DNA of 64,000 bases from assembly GCA_047967505.1 (NCBI GenBank), contig CM106538.1. The stretch is one strand, 5' to 3'. Source of the DNA: Dipteris shenzhenensis (lineage: Eukaryota). Under the pieces are notes generated by a model. That model searched no databases. It was not told the origin of the DNA and was given only the letters and a program-made list of their open reading frames with translations. The position numbers and the translations under genes are program-made. Shown here piece by piece: positions 35,261 through 47,422 of this stretch (position 1 is its first letter; each line of letters starts with the position of its first letter).

Positions 35261-37509
35261 AGAATCGTGGTAGTATACAAAGCTCAGCTCCTTCCAAGTT
35301 ATTATAGGACATAACTACATTCTTATGCTATCATAAGGTGGCCTTCATAACATCAATTTAAGACTAAGAGTCTTTGGGTTTGGACTTGAAGTCCCTAATG
35401 GGTGCTTGCCATTCCTTTAGCTTATTGTGTCCGAATCATTGTACTCTTCAGCTTAGATGTTTGTCTGAGAATCTTAACTCTCTTTAAAGTAGACATGTGC
35501 TTATGTGCCATTTTGACTGATATTGCATATATCATTTTCATCCCATTCAACCTGTGGTACCTCCTTCTTAAGGAAATGATTATATAATCTGTCTTTCTCC
35601 TCATCATCATGAAGGCAGCCGTCTTTCATCCCCCCAACGTGTAAGATCATTCTATTTTTCACTCTAGAATTCTAACCTGGAACAATGGACCATGGAGTCA
35701 CTCCACTACTCAGGTCGATGATTGTATGTTAACAAGTTTTTTCATGGTCTATCCAATAGCATGTCCAAAGCTTCAAGAAGGAAACATAAGACACAACTTA
35801 CGAGCTTAGCAAGGGTCATAGCTCTAGAGACCTGCTCAACAAAAGGTGTCGGGATACCTCATGCCAAGGGGGTTCCAAGACTAGCAACAATCCACCTAGC
35901 AAGCCAACAATAGATAGTATGGGGCTTCCTCAACACAAAGGAGAAGCACATCAGCAATTGCAACTTTCACTTCATCAAACCTACCACAGCCTCAAATGCA
36001 GAATAAACTCAGTAGAAGGGAGACCCACTAGGAAAGCAAGTTAGACAGATTCTCATGTATTATGGTCAGCAACAATCCAAATAGAAAAGCTTTCTCAACG
36101 CAAAGGAAAAGCACATGCACGACAAAGCGTGTCATTCTTATTTCTACCAAGAACAAGACGAAGACAAGTGACACTGTCCCCATTTCCATCCCCTAGCCAG
36201 TACAGCAATTACAACTTCCCTTCATCAAGACCTACCACAGCCTTGAAGGCAGTCTCAACTTTCTCTCTAGTGGAAGAATCTCAGCAGAAGGGACCCTCTA
36301 GGAAAACTAGTTAGAGAGATTCTCATTTGTTATGGACACATAGCAGGATGCAACGTCAGTCTTCTTTTTTATGATGGCAGTTTGGGGTTGTGCTCGGCAG
36401 CCATGCTCAACCTCCCTACAAAGCAGTCAATGGATGTGCTCGAAGCTTCATGATCCATTTAGGAATGCTCTGCAACCAATCACCAAATCAGTAGCACAAG
36501 ATATCAAGCTCTGCATCAATGGGATGCTAGAGGAGCGGATCTTCATTGTCACCCCAACAAACATTATCTAAGGAGCACCATGGCCTGCCAACCACAGCAA
36601 TGGTCAATTGCCGAGACCATACCATTACAATGCAAGATTCAGATGGAATGTCTCGGGTGATGCCCTAGCTTACTCGTAGGAAGCTAGCAGCCCATCTATC
36701 AATGACATGGCATCAGCTTCTATCCTATTTGAAAATAACAAGCGTTAAAGGATGCTAAGTTAGCCAGATATGGGATATGGTGGTATAGACTAAAGGATTA
36801 GAAATCTTGCATAAGGTGTCAACAATTCACTTCACAGTCCTCAGGTACAGCAAGAATGTGCGCAAGGGTCTGCAAACCTAACCTTTCTTCTAGTTTCAGC
36901 TAAAGAAGATGTCATGCAGCCCATGGGCATCTCCTTGACCATGGGGCAGTCTCAGGGGCAGCCAAAACCTCAACAGGGTTAGATCGGCAGCAACAAGTCC
37001 ACGTGGCAGCCATGTAGGTCAACATGGCTGCCCACATCATCTATGGAGGTGTCCAGCAACAACCAGGACAGTAAATGCTGCCATACAGCCACATCAGCCA
37101 GCATAGGGCAGAACACAGAAGTCGGCTCAGAACAGTAAAAGGGATTGCAGTAGCCTTATAGGCTCAGATCCAGTCTGTACACTCGCAGACCAGGTTGGGT
37201 CTGTGTAGACCGATTCAGTCTGTAAAAGAATGGCGGTTACGAAATAGAAAAATACAGACCAATCTGTGAATGACAATTACAGACCCAATCTGGCAATCTG
37301 TGAAATGGCAATTACAAGAGCCTTCAGGTCTGTAACGGGCCAAAGCCTCATTCTTCTAGCATCACCTAGTGCAATTCTTAAGCCACCAGCCTTAGCAGCC
37401 ATCAGCTAACATAGCCTCTCGTGATCCAGTGCTTATGCAGGAGTTCTCAGTCAGTAGCCATAGCCAACCACTCATAAGCAGCAAATCCTAGCCCCTTAAG
37501 TCAAATCCA

Positions 37510-37594
37510 GCCTCTCCATTGAGGAACTAGATCTTATATTCAGCCCTCTCCATTGAGGAACTAGATCTTATATTCAGCCCTCTTCATTGAGGAA
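37510..37594. repeat. 34-bp tandem repeat, ~2.5 copies
   Basis: CCTCTCCATTGAGGAACTAGATCTTATATTCAGC repeated. Confidence 0.85.
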
Positions 37595-38025
37595 AGCCTT
37601 TAGCCATTTCCGGTGGCTCATTGGTGTGTGCCAAGGCCAAACAAGATAGTAATTAGCATGAACTCTCAGTGCAACATTTCTCAGTATGATGTACCCTTAT
37701 GCATAACCACAGTCTCTCTCTCTCTCTCTCTCTATGTCTCGGTATCCACACTGAAACAAAAGTGCAGAAATTTGCAGCCAATTCAAGAGGCTTCCGAATA
37801 GACCAAGACAAGCAGGAGAATATGCCATCACGCTGGATGCAAAGCTGAATGCACTGGCAATCACACCCACATGGGAAGCCCTCAGAGAGGCGGTCCTTGA
37901 TACAGCAACACAGGTTTTTGGGTCAATCCCTCAAGACAGGAAAAGAATGCATAAAGGAATGCCATGTAAGAAATGGTATGATGACGAATGCAAGAAACTC
38001 CGCAATCAGCTGAAACATATTTCTA

Positions 38026-40169
38026 TATACCTTTGTAAGACTAGAATAAGTCCAATCATACAAATTTAGATTTTTTGTTGTTCTAAAGATCAAAAATCTA
38101 CATAGAAAATAAAAGAGAAAATAAAAGAGAATATGAAAGAGAAGAAAAAAGAGGTAAACAAAAACTTTTAAGAAAAACAAAAGGAAGACATACTTAGCAA
38201 GCAAAGCAACACTTATGTCGTCATCAGTGCCCAAGCATAAGCAGCTATACTGGGTTTCTAAAGACCCGCGGAGTCTCTTGGGCAAACCTAGTGCTTACTA
38301 AAATACGTCAAATAAACAGAAGAGAAAGAAAACAAGAAATAAAAAAGAAAGGAAGCAGGTGACTAAGCAAAAATAAACAAGCAAGTTCTAACTTAGAAAG
38401 CACAAGTATACTCAAACAAACTCTCTTTTGAAACTAAAAGAAAAACGGCTATTCAGCTCCCCGCTTTTTATTTTCAGCTTATGTTCAATCATTCTAAACA
38501 TACCTAAGGCCGATACACCATAGATAAAAGACTTCGTATCTAAGATTGTGCGTACTTTTTTCATTATTTTCCTTGGATCATACCTCTTGTGTAATAGTAA
38601 AGTGATCAAATTACTACATTGAGTGATAAAAGACTCCTTAGTTGTACAAAGGCGGGAAAATCTATGGAATTGGGAAGAAATGACTCCATATTTTGCCAAA
38701 TCAAAAATGTTTGAGTCAATGTGAGGCATTTTTATAATGTGTAAACCACTATATTCAGGTTGTTCACGTTTATCGTATATATCCTATGGTAGATTCAGAA
38801 ATTCTAAGATCTAAGAAAACACAAGAATCCCCTCTTGAAGTGCAGTTCAGTTCACAAGAGTCACGAGGATAGATTCCTTCTCCAAAAGCACTAGCGTCTT
38901 TGTACATAAAGTCTTGAAAGTTAGGAACATCTGGTACAAATAAATCATCTATAAAACGCCTAACTTGGCTAAGCTTATGTAAAATGATAGGGCAGGTATT
39001 GATAGAAATAAGACCTTGCATAAACTCAAATTCATAAGTGAAAAGATAAAAGTTTGCTAAAAAGACGGCACAATGAGTGCCCATGGGGATTCCTATAATT
39101 TATTGAAACAAAGAATCACCTATTGTGATGTAAAGATTATCTAAAAGAAAATCTATCCAAGAGCAAACATCTTCCACACTTACTACCTTTGTGTATCTTT
39201 TCTTTTTAGAACCTATGTCATGATCTTTATTTTTTAGCCACAAGAGGTCAAAGCATAAGGCTGTTTTCTCAACTTTTAGGACTTTGCATCTATCTTTGTC
39301 AAATCTCATATTGAAAACTTTAGCCACTAGCTTTTTATTCTAAACTTCAGGTCTTCCAGCTCAATCTTTATGTAAAGCGTCATAAAATCATAGGTTTGAA
39401 GGAGAATAGGAGACTCTTTTTCTTGAATGCTTTGAGAGGAATTAAAAAATTTTACAACAGGAATCACTCCTACAGAGTCATTTAAAATCCATCTTGAGTG
39501 CGAGGGGACATCTGCCTCTTTTAATAAGTCCCTCCAAAGTTCATGGACACTAGGCAACATGGCTTTGAAGCAGTAGCTTAGCCATTTAGAGACATCCGTC
39601 AAAGTAGTCTCACAAGCAGCTGCAATAAATCTTGGCTTTTTGGGAGTTTCATGAAACTTCCAAGCAGCACAAAGAAAAGGTATACTTGGATTGCAAACAA
39701 ACCCAAAAGACTTGCAAAAACTCTGATGTTTTGAGATCAAATCCTTTTGAGAAACTAAGGTAGGGGCGTAAGTTTTGGCAAGCGAGTTCACTTCTCTCAA
39801 AAGACATTCTAAGTAAAACTTTTTGCAAATAAAAACAAAGTTATTGGAACATTTGTCCATATAAGAAATGACAAAATTCCTAAGGAATTTTCAAAGGAGA
39901 GTTTCATCTTCTTTAGAAAGATGGTTACTTTGCTTTGAGCAATTAACCGAAGGGACTTCTTCTAGTTTCAAAGCAACTTTCTTCAAAATCTTCCCTTTTC
40001 ATTCTGATAAGATATTTTGAACTCCTAAACATTCTTCTAATTGCAAAACAAACTTTGAGATTTCCTGATCGATAACTTTTAAAAGGCAAGACTCTTTAAA
40101 AGAGTACAATCGAAATTTCGTGCCTTTCATGAAAAGGTCTCTTAAGTTACTAGAAAGCAAAATTGAGGT
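38026..40169 (-). mobile_element. Penelope-like retroelement (Naiad/Chlamys-type RT), 5'-truncated, 21-bp TSD
   Basis: RT pieces DKCSNNFVFICKKFY, WKFHETPKKPRFIAA, WILNDS, TYDFMTLY, GIPMGTHCAVFLANFYLFTYE, RRFIDD, IYP, FLDL, YDKR, PHIDSNI...YGVISSQFHRFSRLC. The frame ends at 38412 with no C-terminal GIY-YIG. TSD ATCAGCTGAAACATATTTCTA (38005-38025) / ATCAACTGAAACATATTTCTA (40170-40190). Confidence 0.88.
38194..38301 (-). ncRNA. Putative hammerhead ribozyme, non-circularly permuted / pseudoknotted (copy A)
   Basis: Minus strand: UUAGUAAGCA-CUAG-GUU-UGCCCAAG-AGACUCcgcGGGUCU-UUA-GAAA-CCCAG-UAUAGCU-GCUUAUG-CUUGGGCA-CUGAUGA-CGA-CAUAAGU-GUUGCUU-UGCUUGCUAA. Perfect 8-bp stem I. The predicted cut lies between 38285 and 38284. 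Confidence 0.7.
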
Positions 40170-42520
40170 ATCAACTGAAACATATTTCTAATGCAAACCT
40201 CCACAGGCACAAGGAGAAGCAATACAATGCCCTCACGAGAAAGAAAAAAAGAAATTACATTTTGGAAAGGGAAAAATCTGATTTGATCACCTTCATCAAG
40301 AATCTCAGGAAGGGGTGGAAACAGGTTAAGAGACTGAAGAAAAAGATCATGGGAAATATATCAGATGAGGAAATGCTTGAGTATGTTATCAGACTCTATA
40401 ACCATGCCAATGCAACAGACATGGGAAATGAAGAACTGTCATATGCTTCAGTCAACCCTTTCACTTTTGAGGACATTGAAGCAGGGCTGAAGAAGATGGC
40501 AAATGGAAAGGCCCTTGACCACATGCACATGTGTGCTGAACTCTTACTTAAAATGGACAAAAGATAGGACACGACACTGGCTATCACACATACTGACAAA
40601 TGCTCTACATCATGGCTTTCCTCTTGACTGGCAAGAGAATTGGGTTCAACCACTATTCAAAGGGGGAGACAAAAACTCAGTCACCAATTACAGGACTATA
40701 ATGGATAGCTCCACACTAGCTAAACTTTTAAGCACGGTGCTTGAAGCAAAAATCAATACTTGGGCAGAAGAGGCCAAGAAGAGGGCCATTGGACAAGCAG
40801 GCTTCCGTAAAGAGCATAGGATTGTAGATCATCTGGTCACATTAAGAGTACTCATGGATGAAAGCAGACTCAAAGGAAAAACTCTTTTATGCTGTTTTGT
40901 ATATTTTAAGAAAGCATTTGATACAATCCCGAGAGGTGGCCTATGGAAAAGAATGCAAGACCTCAAAGTTCCCCTGGCACTAAGAGTAGGCATCTCTCGA
41001 ATCTACGAGAAAGTATCATGCAGACTAAAAGAAGAGCATGGATTGTCAGCTGCATTTCAAAGTAATATGGGGGTGAAACAAGGCTGTCCTCTCTCACCTA
41101 CACTATTTGGAATCTGCATTGACAAGTTAGAAGAACTCATAAATGAATTTACAGCAGAAGAAGGGGGGAAAGGACCCACACTCGGGATATGGACAATACT
41201 ATTGCTTCTATATGTAGATGATGTGGTTCTTTCTGCTTATGACTCTGATTCCATGCATCAACTACTACAGACACTTCATGTCTTTTGCGATGAAAGTGGA
41301 CTGCAAGTTAATATCACCAAAACCAAAATGATGGCAATATGCACCACTCAACCTAAACACCTTCCTGTTATTAGCTTTGTGGGGCAACCCATTGAATATG
41401 TCAACACCTTTAAATATTTAGGCATCGCCATACCAGCCGACCACAGATGGTGGCAATGTGCACAAAGAAGGTTAGACACAGGTTGGGAAAAATATTATCA
41501 ATTTGAAAATGATTGCAGGCACACTGACACCCGGAACTGGAAGATCCGGAATATGTTGTTTGATGCATATGTGGTCCAAACAGTGCTCTACGGAGTAGAA
41601 GTATGGGGAGGTAGCATCTCTCCATCTACATGGAATGAGATTGAAAAAATGCAGAAAGAATTCCTACAACGACATCTAGGAGTCAAGGCTACTACCCTGT
41701 ACTCTGTGCTCCTTTTGGAAACAAGCCGGAGGCCAATTAAGTTTCATGCATTGATCAGAGTGATGCAATATATAGTGGACGTACAACAAATGCCAACGGA
41801 CAGATTACCACACAGAGCACGGACAGTAAGTATGAAACTTCAAAAGAACCATAAAAGCAAGATCATATGTACAGGATGGGGGACAGACATAAGAAAATAG
41901 TTCAGCAGAAGGAAAGTGGAACCATACTTAACTATGCCACCTGAAAACGTCAAACTACAGGAATTCCAGTTGTCCTTACTATGCACCCTACAGGCTCAAT
42001 GGCTGACAGTAGAAGGAAGACCAAGTTAGAATACTACCAAGATTAAATAAATCCTCTATGCTGGTCATCATTCATGAAATAAGATGCCTCTGCTCAGCCA
42101 TACATCAGCACTCCCATCCCTCTTCTCTATCGCAAGAATATTGCCAGATTCCGCACACGGTCACATACCTTGGCCATAGAGAAAGGAGCTTGGCTGAATT
42201 TGCCACGACATGCCAGAGTTTGCAGATTTTGTGATTCACAGACAGTTGAGACAGAGGCACATGTAGCCCTACATTGCCCCAGATATGCACATATCAGGGA
42301 TGATTACCAGCAGATACTGGTAGACACCACACAGCTCTCATCAGTTCTCTCCACTGCCTCTCCGGCAGCATTGGGGTCTTTTGTCACCCGTCTTTTTTTG
42401 TACCATCAAGAACTTGAAAACTCTTGACCCCTCCACATCGGAGAAGATTTTTTTTGTACTGAGGATTAGGTCCCATGGGTCATTTTTGGCCCCCCGAGGA
42501 CAATAATAAATTCTACTTCT

Positions 42521-42573
<53 letters not shown>

Positions 42574-42801
42574 AGCAAGCACGTTTCCACACCCAGTAGT
42601 CAGTATGGGCATAACCATAGAGAGAGTGTGCTTGCGATGCCCATTATAGTGCAGACCAGTCGGCCATAGTCAAAGGCCCATCGAAAGTTTATCTTACCAA
42701 AAAGCATTGCCATTGGCTGGTGCACATCTTTTGTCAGCACTACCAACTGCACTGCCAGAATTGCAGAGGACAGGAAGGCTGATGTAGATGTAGTGTTGTA
42801 G

Positions 42802-43240
42802 CCATTAGTTCCCACAAGAACACTTTCCATTGTTGTGATTATGAAAGCAAGTTGCATCTGTGACCGTGCTGTTCTATCTTTAATATAAGAGCAATGGCAT
42901 TGTGACAATCATCACAAACCCAGAGATTTTTTATGACATGTATAGGTGTCCCCTCTGATGATTGCATTAGTGCACCAGCAACAGTCAGCTTCTCACTGTG
43001 CCCACACAGCCAGCAACAGCCAGCTTCTCACTGCGCTCACACAGTGCATCTTCCTTTAAATCATCACACATTTCCTGTAAGCACAATCCAAATCAGCATA
43101 TATGCTTCTCCCTTCATTTTGAAAGAAAGATATATCACTTTTGCATATATATCTTTGCTTTGAAGATGTCTCCGATCTCCCATGACAAAGGTGTGTACCT
43201 TTCATCCAAAGTCAGTCCACCGGCTCCATCCTGCCAATTC
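42802..43240 (-). pseudogene. Frameshifted remnant of a DYW:WW-type deaminase domain
   Basis: Across frameshifts: AWKLAGWSRWTDFG*KVHTFVMGDRRHLQSKDIYAK...KEDALCERSEKLAVA/LCGHSEKLTVAGAL...GTPIHVIKNLWVCDDCH...DATCFH...GKCSCGN*W. Includes a ~35-bp tandem duplication of the HSEKL segment. Confidence 0.88.
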
Positions 43241-45965
43241 CATGCTTGAACGTTCTTTTTCATTGCTTGGATCTTACCATGATCCTCCCACATGTGAACA
43301 CGCGCATATATGTTTGACATCAAAACATAGGCAGCATCAAGGTTTTTATCTAATCTCACTGCATTTTCAAAAGCTTTCCTTCCAACCTCTACATTCTTCC
43401 GCTGTTGACAAGCACTCAACACAGTCATCCATATGAAAGCATTAGGTTGGAAAGGCAGATTCTCCACCATTGCCACTGCCTCTTCGAGTTTGCCTGCATG
43501 GCCAAGGAGATCGACTATGCAAGCATAGTGCTCAACGGCCGGGATGAGGCCATACTCTTTGCACATAGCCTGGAAATACTTCTGGCCCTTGTCCACTAAG
43601 CCCACATGCCTGCATACTGTGAGAATACTGAGAAATGTGACCCTATCAGGATGTATGCCATCCTCCCTCATTTTCTTAAACAAATGAAACACAAGTTCAC
43701 TCTCTCCCTGGCGGGCATACCCTGCCATCAATGAACTCCATGTTACAATATCCCGTGTGGGAAATGAATCAAAAACCTTTTGTGCATCAACCATGCTCCC
43801 ACATTTTGCATACATGTCAATAAGACTGCTTGCCACAATTGTAATAGACTGAAGCCCCACATTGCTAATTTGAGAATGAAGTTCTTTTCCAGTTTCCAAG
43901 GCTGCTATGTTGCCACATGCTTTCAAGACGGCAACAAAAGCCCAGCTGTCTGGTGACAGACCTTGGTCTTGCATTTGTGCATAAAGTCTAAAGGCCTCCT
44001 CACTTTCTTCCTGCTCGACATACCCTGCGATCATGGCAGTCCACGTAACCACACCACGGCATGACAGTTCGTCAAAGACACAGCGTGCATCCCCCATACT
44101 CACACACTTTGCATACATATCCACCAGTGTGGTTCCCACAAATGCATCCAACTCATAGCCACTCTTTACTACTTCAGAGTGGATGGCCCTCCCATTCTCC
44201 AGGCAAGCTATTTTGGCAAAGTTCGCATCAATTCGCATCTCCTGTTCCGATGCTGCCAAGCTACTGCAAGCCTTCAACAAGCCAACAAAGGTTCGATCAT
44301 CGGGTGCGACATCTTCCTGCCGCATCTGTGCATATGATTCCAAAGCCAGCACATTGTCTCCCAATTCAACATACCCCAGAATCATGGCATTCCAGGAAAC
44401 AACATCACGATATGATGATAAGTCAAAAACGTATTGTGCATCCTCCATGCTCCCACATTTCGCATACATATCCACCATGGTTGTCCCTACAAAGACATCT
44501 GACTCAAAGCCACTCTCTACTATTTGCATGTGGATGCCCCTACCCTTTTCCAAGAATCCTAGTTTTGTGGATTTGCCATCAACTTTCTTCCACTGTTCCA
44601 GTGCTGCCAGGCTACTGCAAGCCTTCAATGCACCAACAAAGGTTCGACGGTCCGGTGGGACACCTTCCTGCTGCATCCTCCAATAAAAATCCAAAGCAAG
44701 TGCACCCTCTTCTTGTTTGCTATACCCCAAAATCACAACATTCCAGGAAGCCACATTATGACGAGGCAATATGTCGAATACACGCTGTGCATCCTCCATG
44801 CTCCCACATTTGATGTACATGTCTACTAAAGTGGTTCCCACAAATTCATCTAGCTCAAAGCCACTCTTTACTACTTGGGAGTGCATGGCTCTACCTTTCT
44901 CCAAGCATCCTATTTTAACAGATTTCCCACCAATTTGTTTTCGCTCTTCCATTGCTGCCAGTCCAGTGCAAGCCTTTAATGTGCCAACAAAAGTTCGATG
45001 ATCTGGTGTGACATCCTCAGGTTGCATTTGTGCATACAATTCCAAAGCCCACGCACCCTCTCCTTGCTTGCTGTACCCCACGATCATGGCAGTCCAAGAG
45101 ACAACATCACGTTGAGGCAATTCATCAAAGACACGTCGTGCATCCTCCATGCTCCCACATTTCACATACATATCCACCAAGGTAGTTGCAAGGAATACAT
45201 CTGATTCAAAGCCGCTCTTTGCTACTTGGGAGTGGATGGCTCGACTTTTCTCAAGGCATCCTATCTTAACAAGCTTCCCATCAACTTGCTCCTCCTCTTC
45301 CGATTCTGCCACGCTACTGCAGGCCTTCAATGCACCAACAAAAGTTCGAGCACTCGGTTGCATACCTTCTTCGTACATCCGTGCATACAACTCCAACGCG
45401 AGGGCACCCTCTTCCTGCTTTGCGTATCCCAAGATGAGAGTGTTCCATGACACCACATTTCGCTTTAGCATGTTGTCAAAAACGTGGCGAGCATCCACCA
45501 TGCTCCTACGCTTCACGTACATATGCATCAAATTGTTCGTCTCAAACAGTGGAAGCTCATTCAAGCGTTCTATCGTATGGCCATGAATTTCTGTGACCTC
45601 ATTCAGCTGAGGAACCCTCAAGTGAACTGCAGTTCCAATTCGCGATCCAAATGAAAGAAGATTACTTCGAGAGATATCCCCACCAACCCTCCTGGGTGCC
45701 TTCTTTTCTAGTGCGTCTTTAGCACATTTTGGAGTGATGCAATCGCATATCCAAAGAGCCTCCTTGGTCGTCTTACGCCTAATAGCAGGATCGGGATTGT
45801 CCTGAAAACAAAATCATCTACATTGTAAGGCAATCAACAATTTGCAGACGCCATCAAAATGATTTTCAGAATCTCTCGCAGCTTGCCACTTACTTTGGAA
45901 GCCCAGCCGTCGGCCAAAATTCCGAAATACTCCCGCGGTGATGGCCCCGTACTTAATTGAGCCAT
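43135..45965 (-). CDS. PLS-class PPR protein with LL motifs and E domain; predicted exons 45894-45965 and 43135-45801
   Basis: 828-aa ORF with P-LL-S triplets (LL insert e.g. EEQVDGKLVKIGCLEK). The frame stays open upstream to acceptor TTTCAG at 45802. Donor GTAAGT at 45893 gives a 92-bp phase-0 intron. Exon 1 starts at CCACCC-ATG-G (45965) and encodes MAQLSTGPSPREYFGILADGWASK. Confidence 0.9.
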
Positions 45966-47422
45966 GGGTGGCACAAAACCTTCATGCAGGGTACCCACTC
46001 CAACTAGTAGACAAATCCCTCAATTCAAAAAGCCTGGTATAAGAAGCAGATCCAAAATTTGGTTCTATTTTTGAGTGTGATGTGAAGCTCCTGGCCCGGA
46101 GTAGCATAAGTACATGGATAGAATTGAATTGTGCTACTACCGGGCCAGAATTTTGCTTTCAGCGCGCTCATCAGGCACAATGAAGGGTGGGCAAGGAACA
46201 GCCATTGGGTGCCTAGCAAAAGAGCTCGGCATAAACAGCTTGCCAGCCTCCTCAAAGGCTACGGTCTGCGGAGGGCAGATCTTGACCGTCAGATTCGCAC
46301 ACCTTCATAATCAGAATGAATGGATGAAGTGCAAAATCTACTTGTCCTCCACCTTCAGATCAAAACATCGATCACGATTCACTGCACATGGCTTGATGCT
46401 TGAATCCCGCCCAATCGCCAATGCCGATCAACAACCGAGGCAACCGGCTTCGAGCCTCCAGTTGGCCTCGGTTTCCTCTCGAGAAGCGACTCCCTGAGCC
46501 TCCTCCATGGACCTACTGGGGTAGCAAATTATATGATCTTGTGAGAGATTCCCATATAGTACAACGTGAACAAAATGGGTGTTTACAAAACTATGTCCGC
46601 CACATGCATGCCCATGGTGCACTGAACTCATCTAGGTCGTGGGCTAAGTCTGTACCATGGGCGCATCGTGTGCTTCGGAAATCCATGATCCTTGGGTGTG
46701 CCCATGGTGGGCTTAAGTCTTTAAGCACCCCAATGTTTACAGACTAGAGCTGCCCATGAATGCGTCTGGGCCATGGGCCGGCAATCTTGCCCGCCCATGA
46801 TTTATGGTGGTTCCCATGGTGGGATGCGTGTGTGTCTGCACGCACCTATGATAGAAGGTGTTAATGCCAATGCAAATCAAGGTGAAGCTTCATAGTCACA
46901 AGTAGACGTAGCATATTCTTCCTACATTGTGCACATGAGAGTCCTCCTAGAGCGTTTGATGAGGCTTCTCGAGCAGAGCCAAGAATACTAGAGGTAAAAC
47001 ATTTTTGAGTGTGCGAGTGAAAAGCAATGGGCTAATGGGACTTTGCAAATCAATTTGAGTGACTAGTTAAGTAATCTTGTTTCCATTACATGGTGTTAGG
47101 TATCTCCTTAATATAGAGTGGTGGAACATGAACCCTTCAGAAATCTCTAGAGTCATGAATGATGACTCCCATGAGGTGGTTTTAGCCTCTTATCCAGAGG
47201 ACTCTATGTTTATAAGGGTGACAATGAACTAGATAAGTACCGATGCAAGGAGGGCTAATTTATGTCCACCAATATTAGCTAAAAGTACACCAGTGTGGAA
47301 ATGGTAGATGATAATTGGTGCTATTTGTCAATTCTTATGTTTGGGTTTTAGCACAACCATGGTCCAACTAAGGCACTAAAGGAATCTAATGCACTATAAG
47401 AACATGCAAGTGATTTAAAATA

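Larger units (their letters stand above)
37734..42522 (+). mobile_element. 5'-truncated non-LTR retrotransposon (RTEX/RTE-like ORF2), interrupted by a PLE at 38026-40169
   Basis: KWYDDECKKLRNQ|LKHISN reads through the insertion. RT motifs QAGFRK, FKKAFDTI, GVKQGCPLSPTLF, LLYVDD, FKYLG. C-terminal RSHTLAIEKG...RVCRFCDS..VETEAHVALHCPRY. AATAAA followed by a (TTCTAC)2 tail. Clade assignment is tentative. Confidence 0.88.

Noticed and set aside
35266-35720. Gypsy RT N-terminal fragment continuing at ~32080-32151
   Set aside because: Only a faint resemblance after several frameshifts; too decayed to call.
38205-38245. SECIS element (AUGA in a hairpin), as reported for some animal Naiad PLEs
   Set aside because: The AUGA is part of CUGAUGA, there is no SECIS geometry, land plants lack selenocysteine machinery, and the RT is broken by TAA/TAG stops and frameshifts as well.
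38412-39860. Telomerase, group II intron or retron RT
   Set aside because: Motif spacing and the PHIDSNI/YGV..SQ..R thumb fit PLE RTs. The TSD, 5' truncation and terminal hammerhead-like motif fit retrotransposition.
44061-45586. Long antisense ORFs over the PPR gene (also 23997-25716)
   Set aside because: Shadow frames of the repetitive PPR coding strand with no independent protein features.
46490-46830. Cluster of CCCATGG palindromes upstream of PPR gene 2
   Set aside because: Could be a MITE remnant, but no TIR or TSD could be defined and there is no evidence of a regulatory role.
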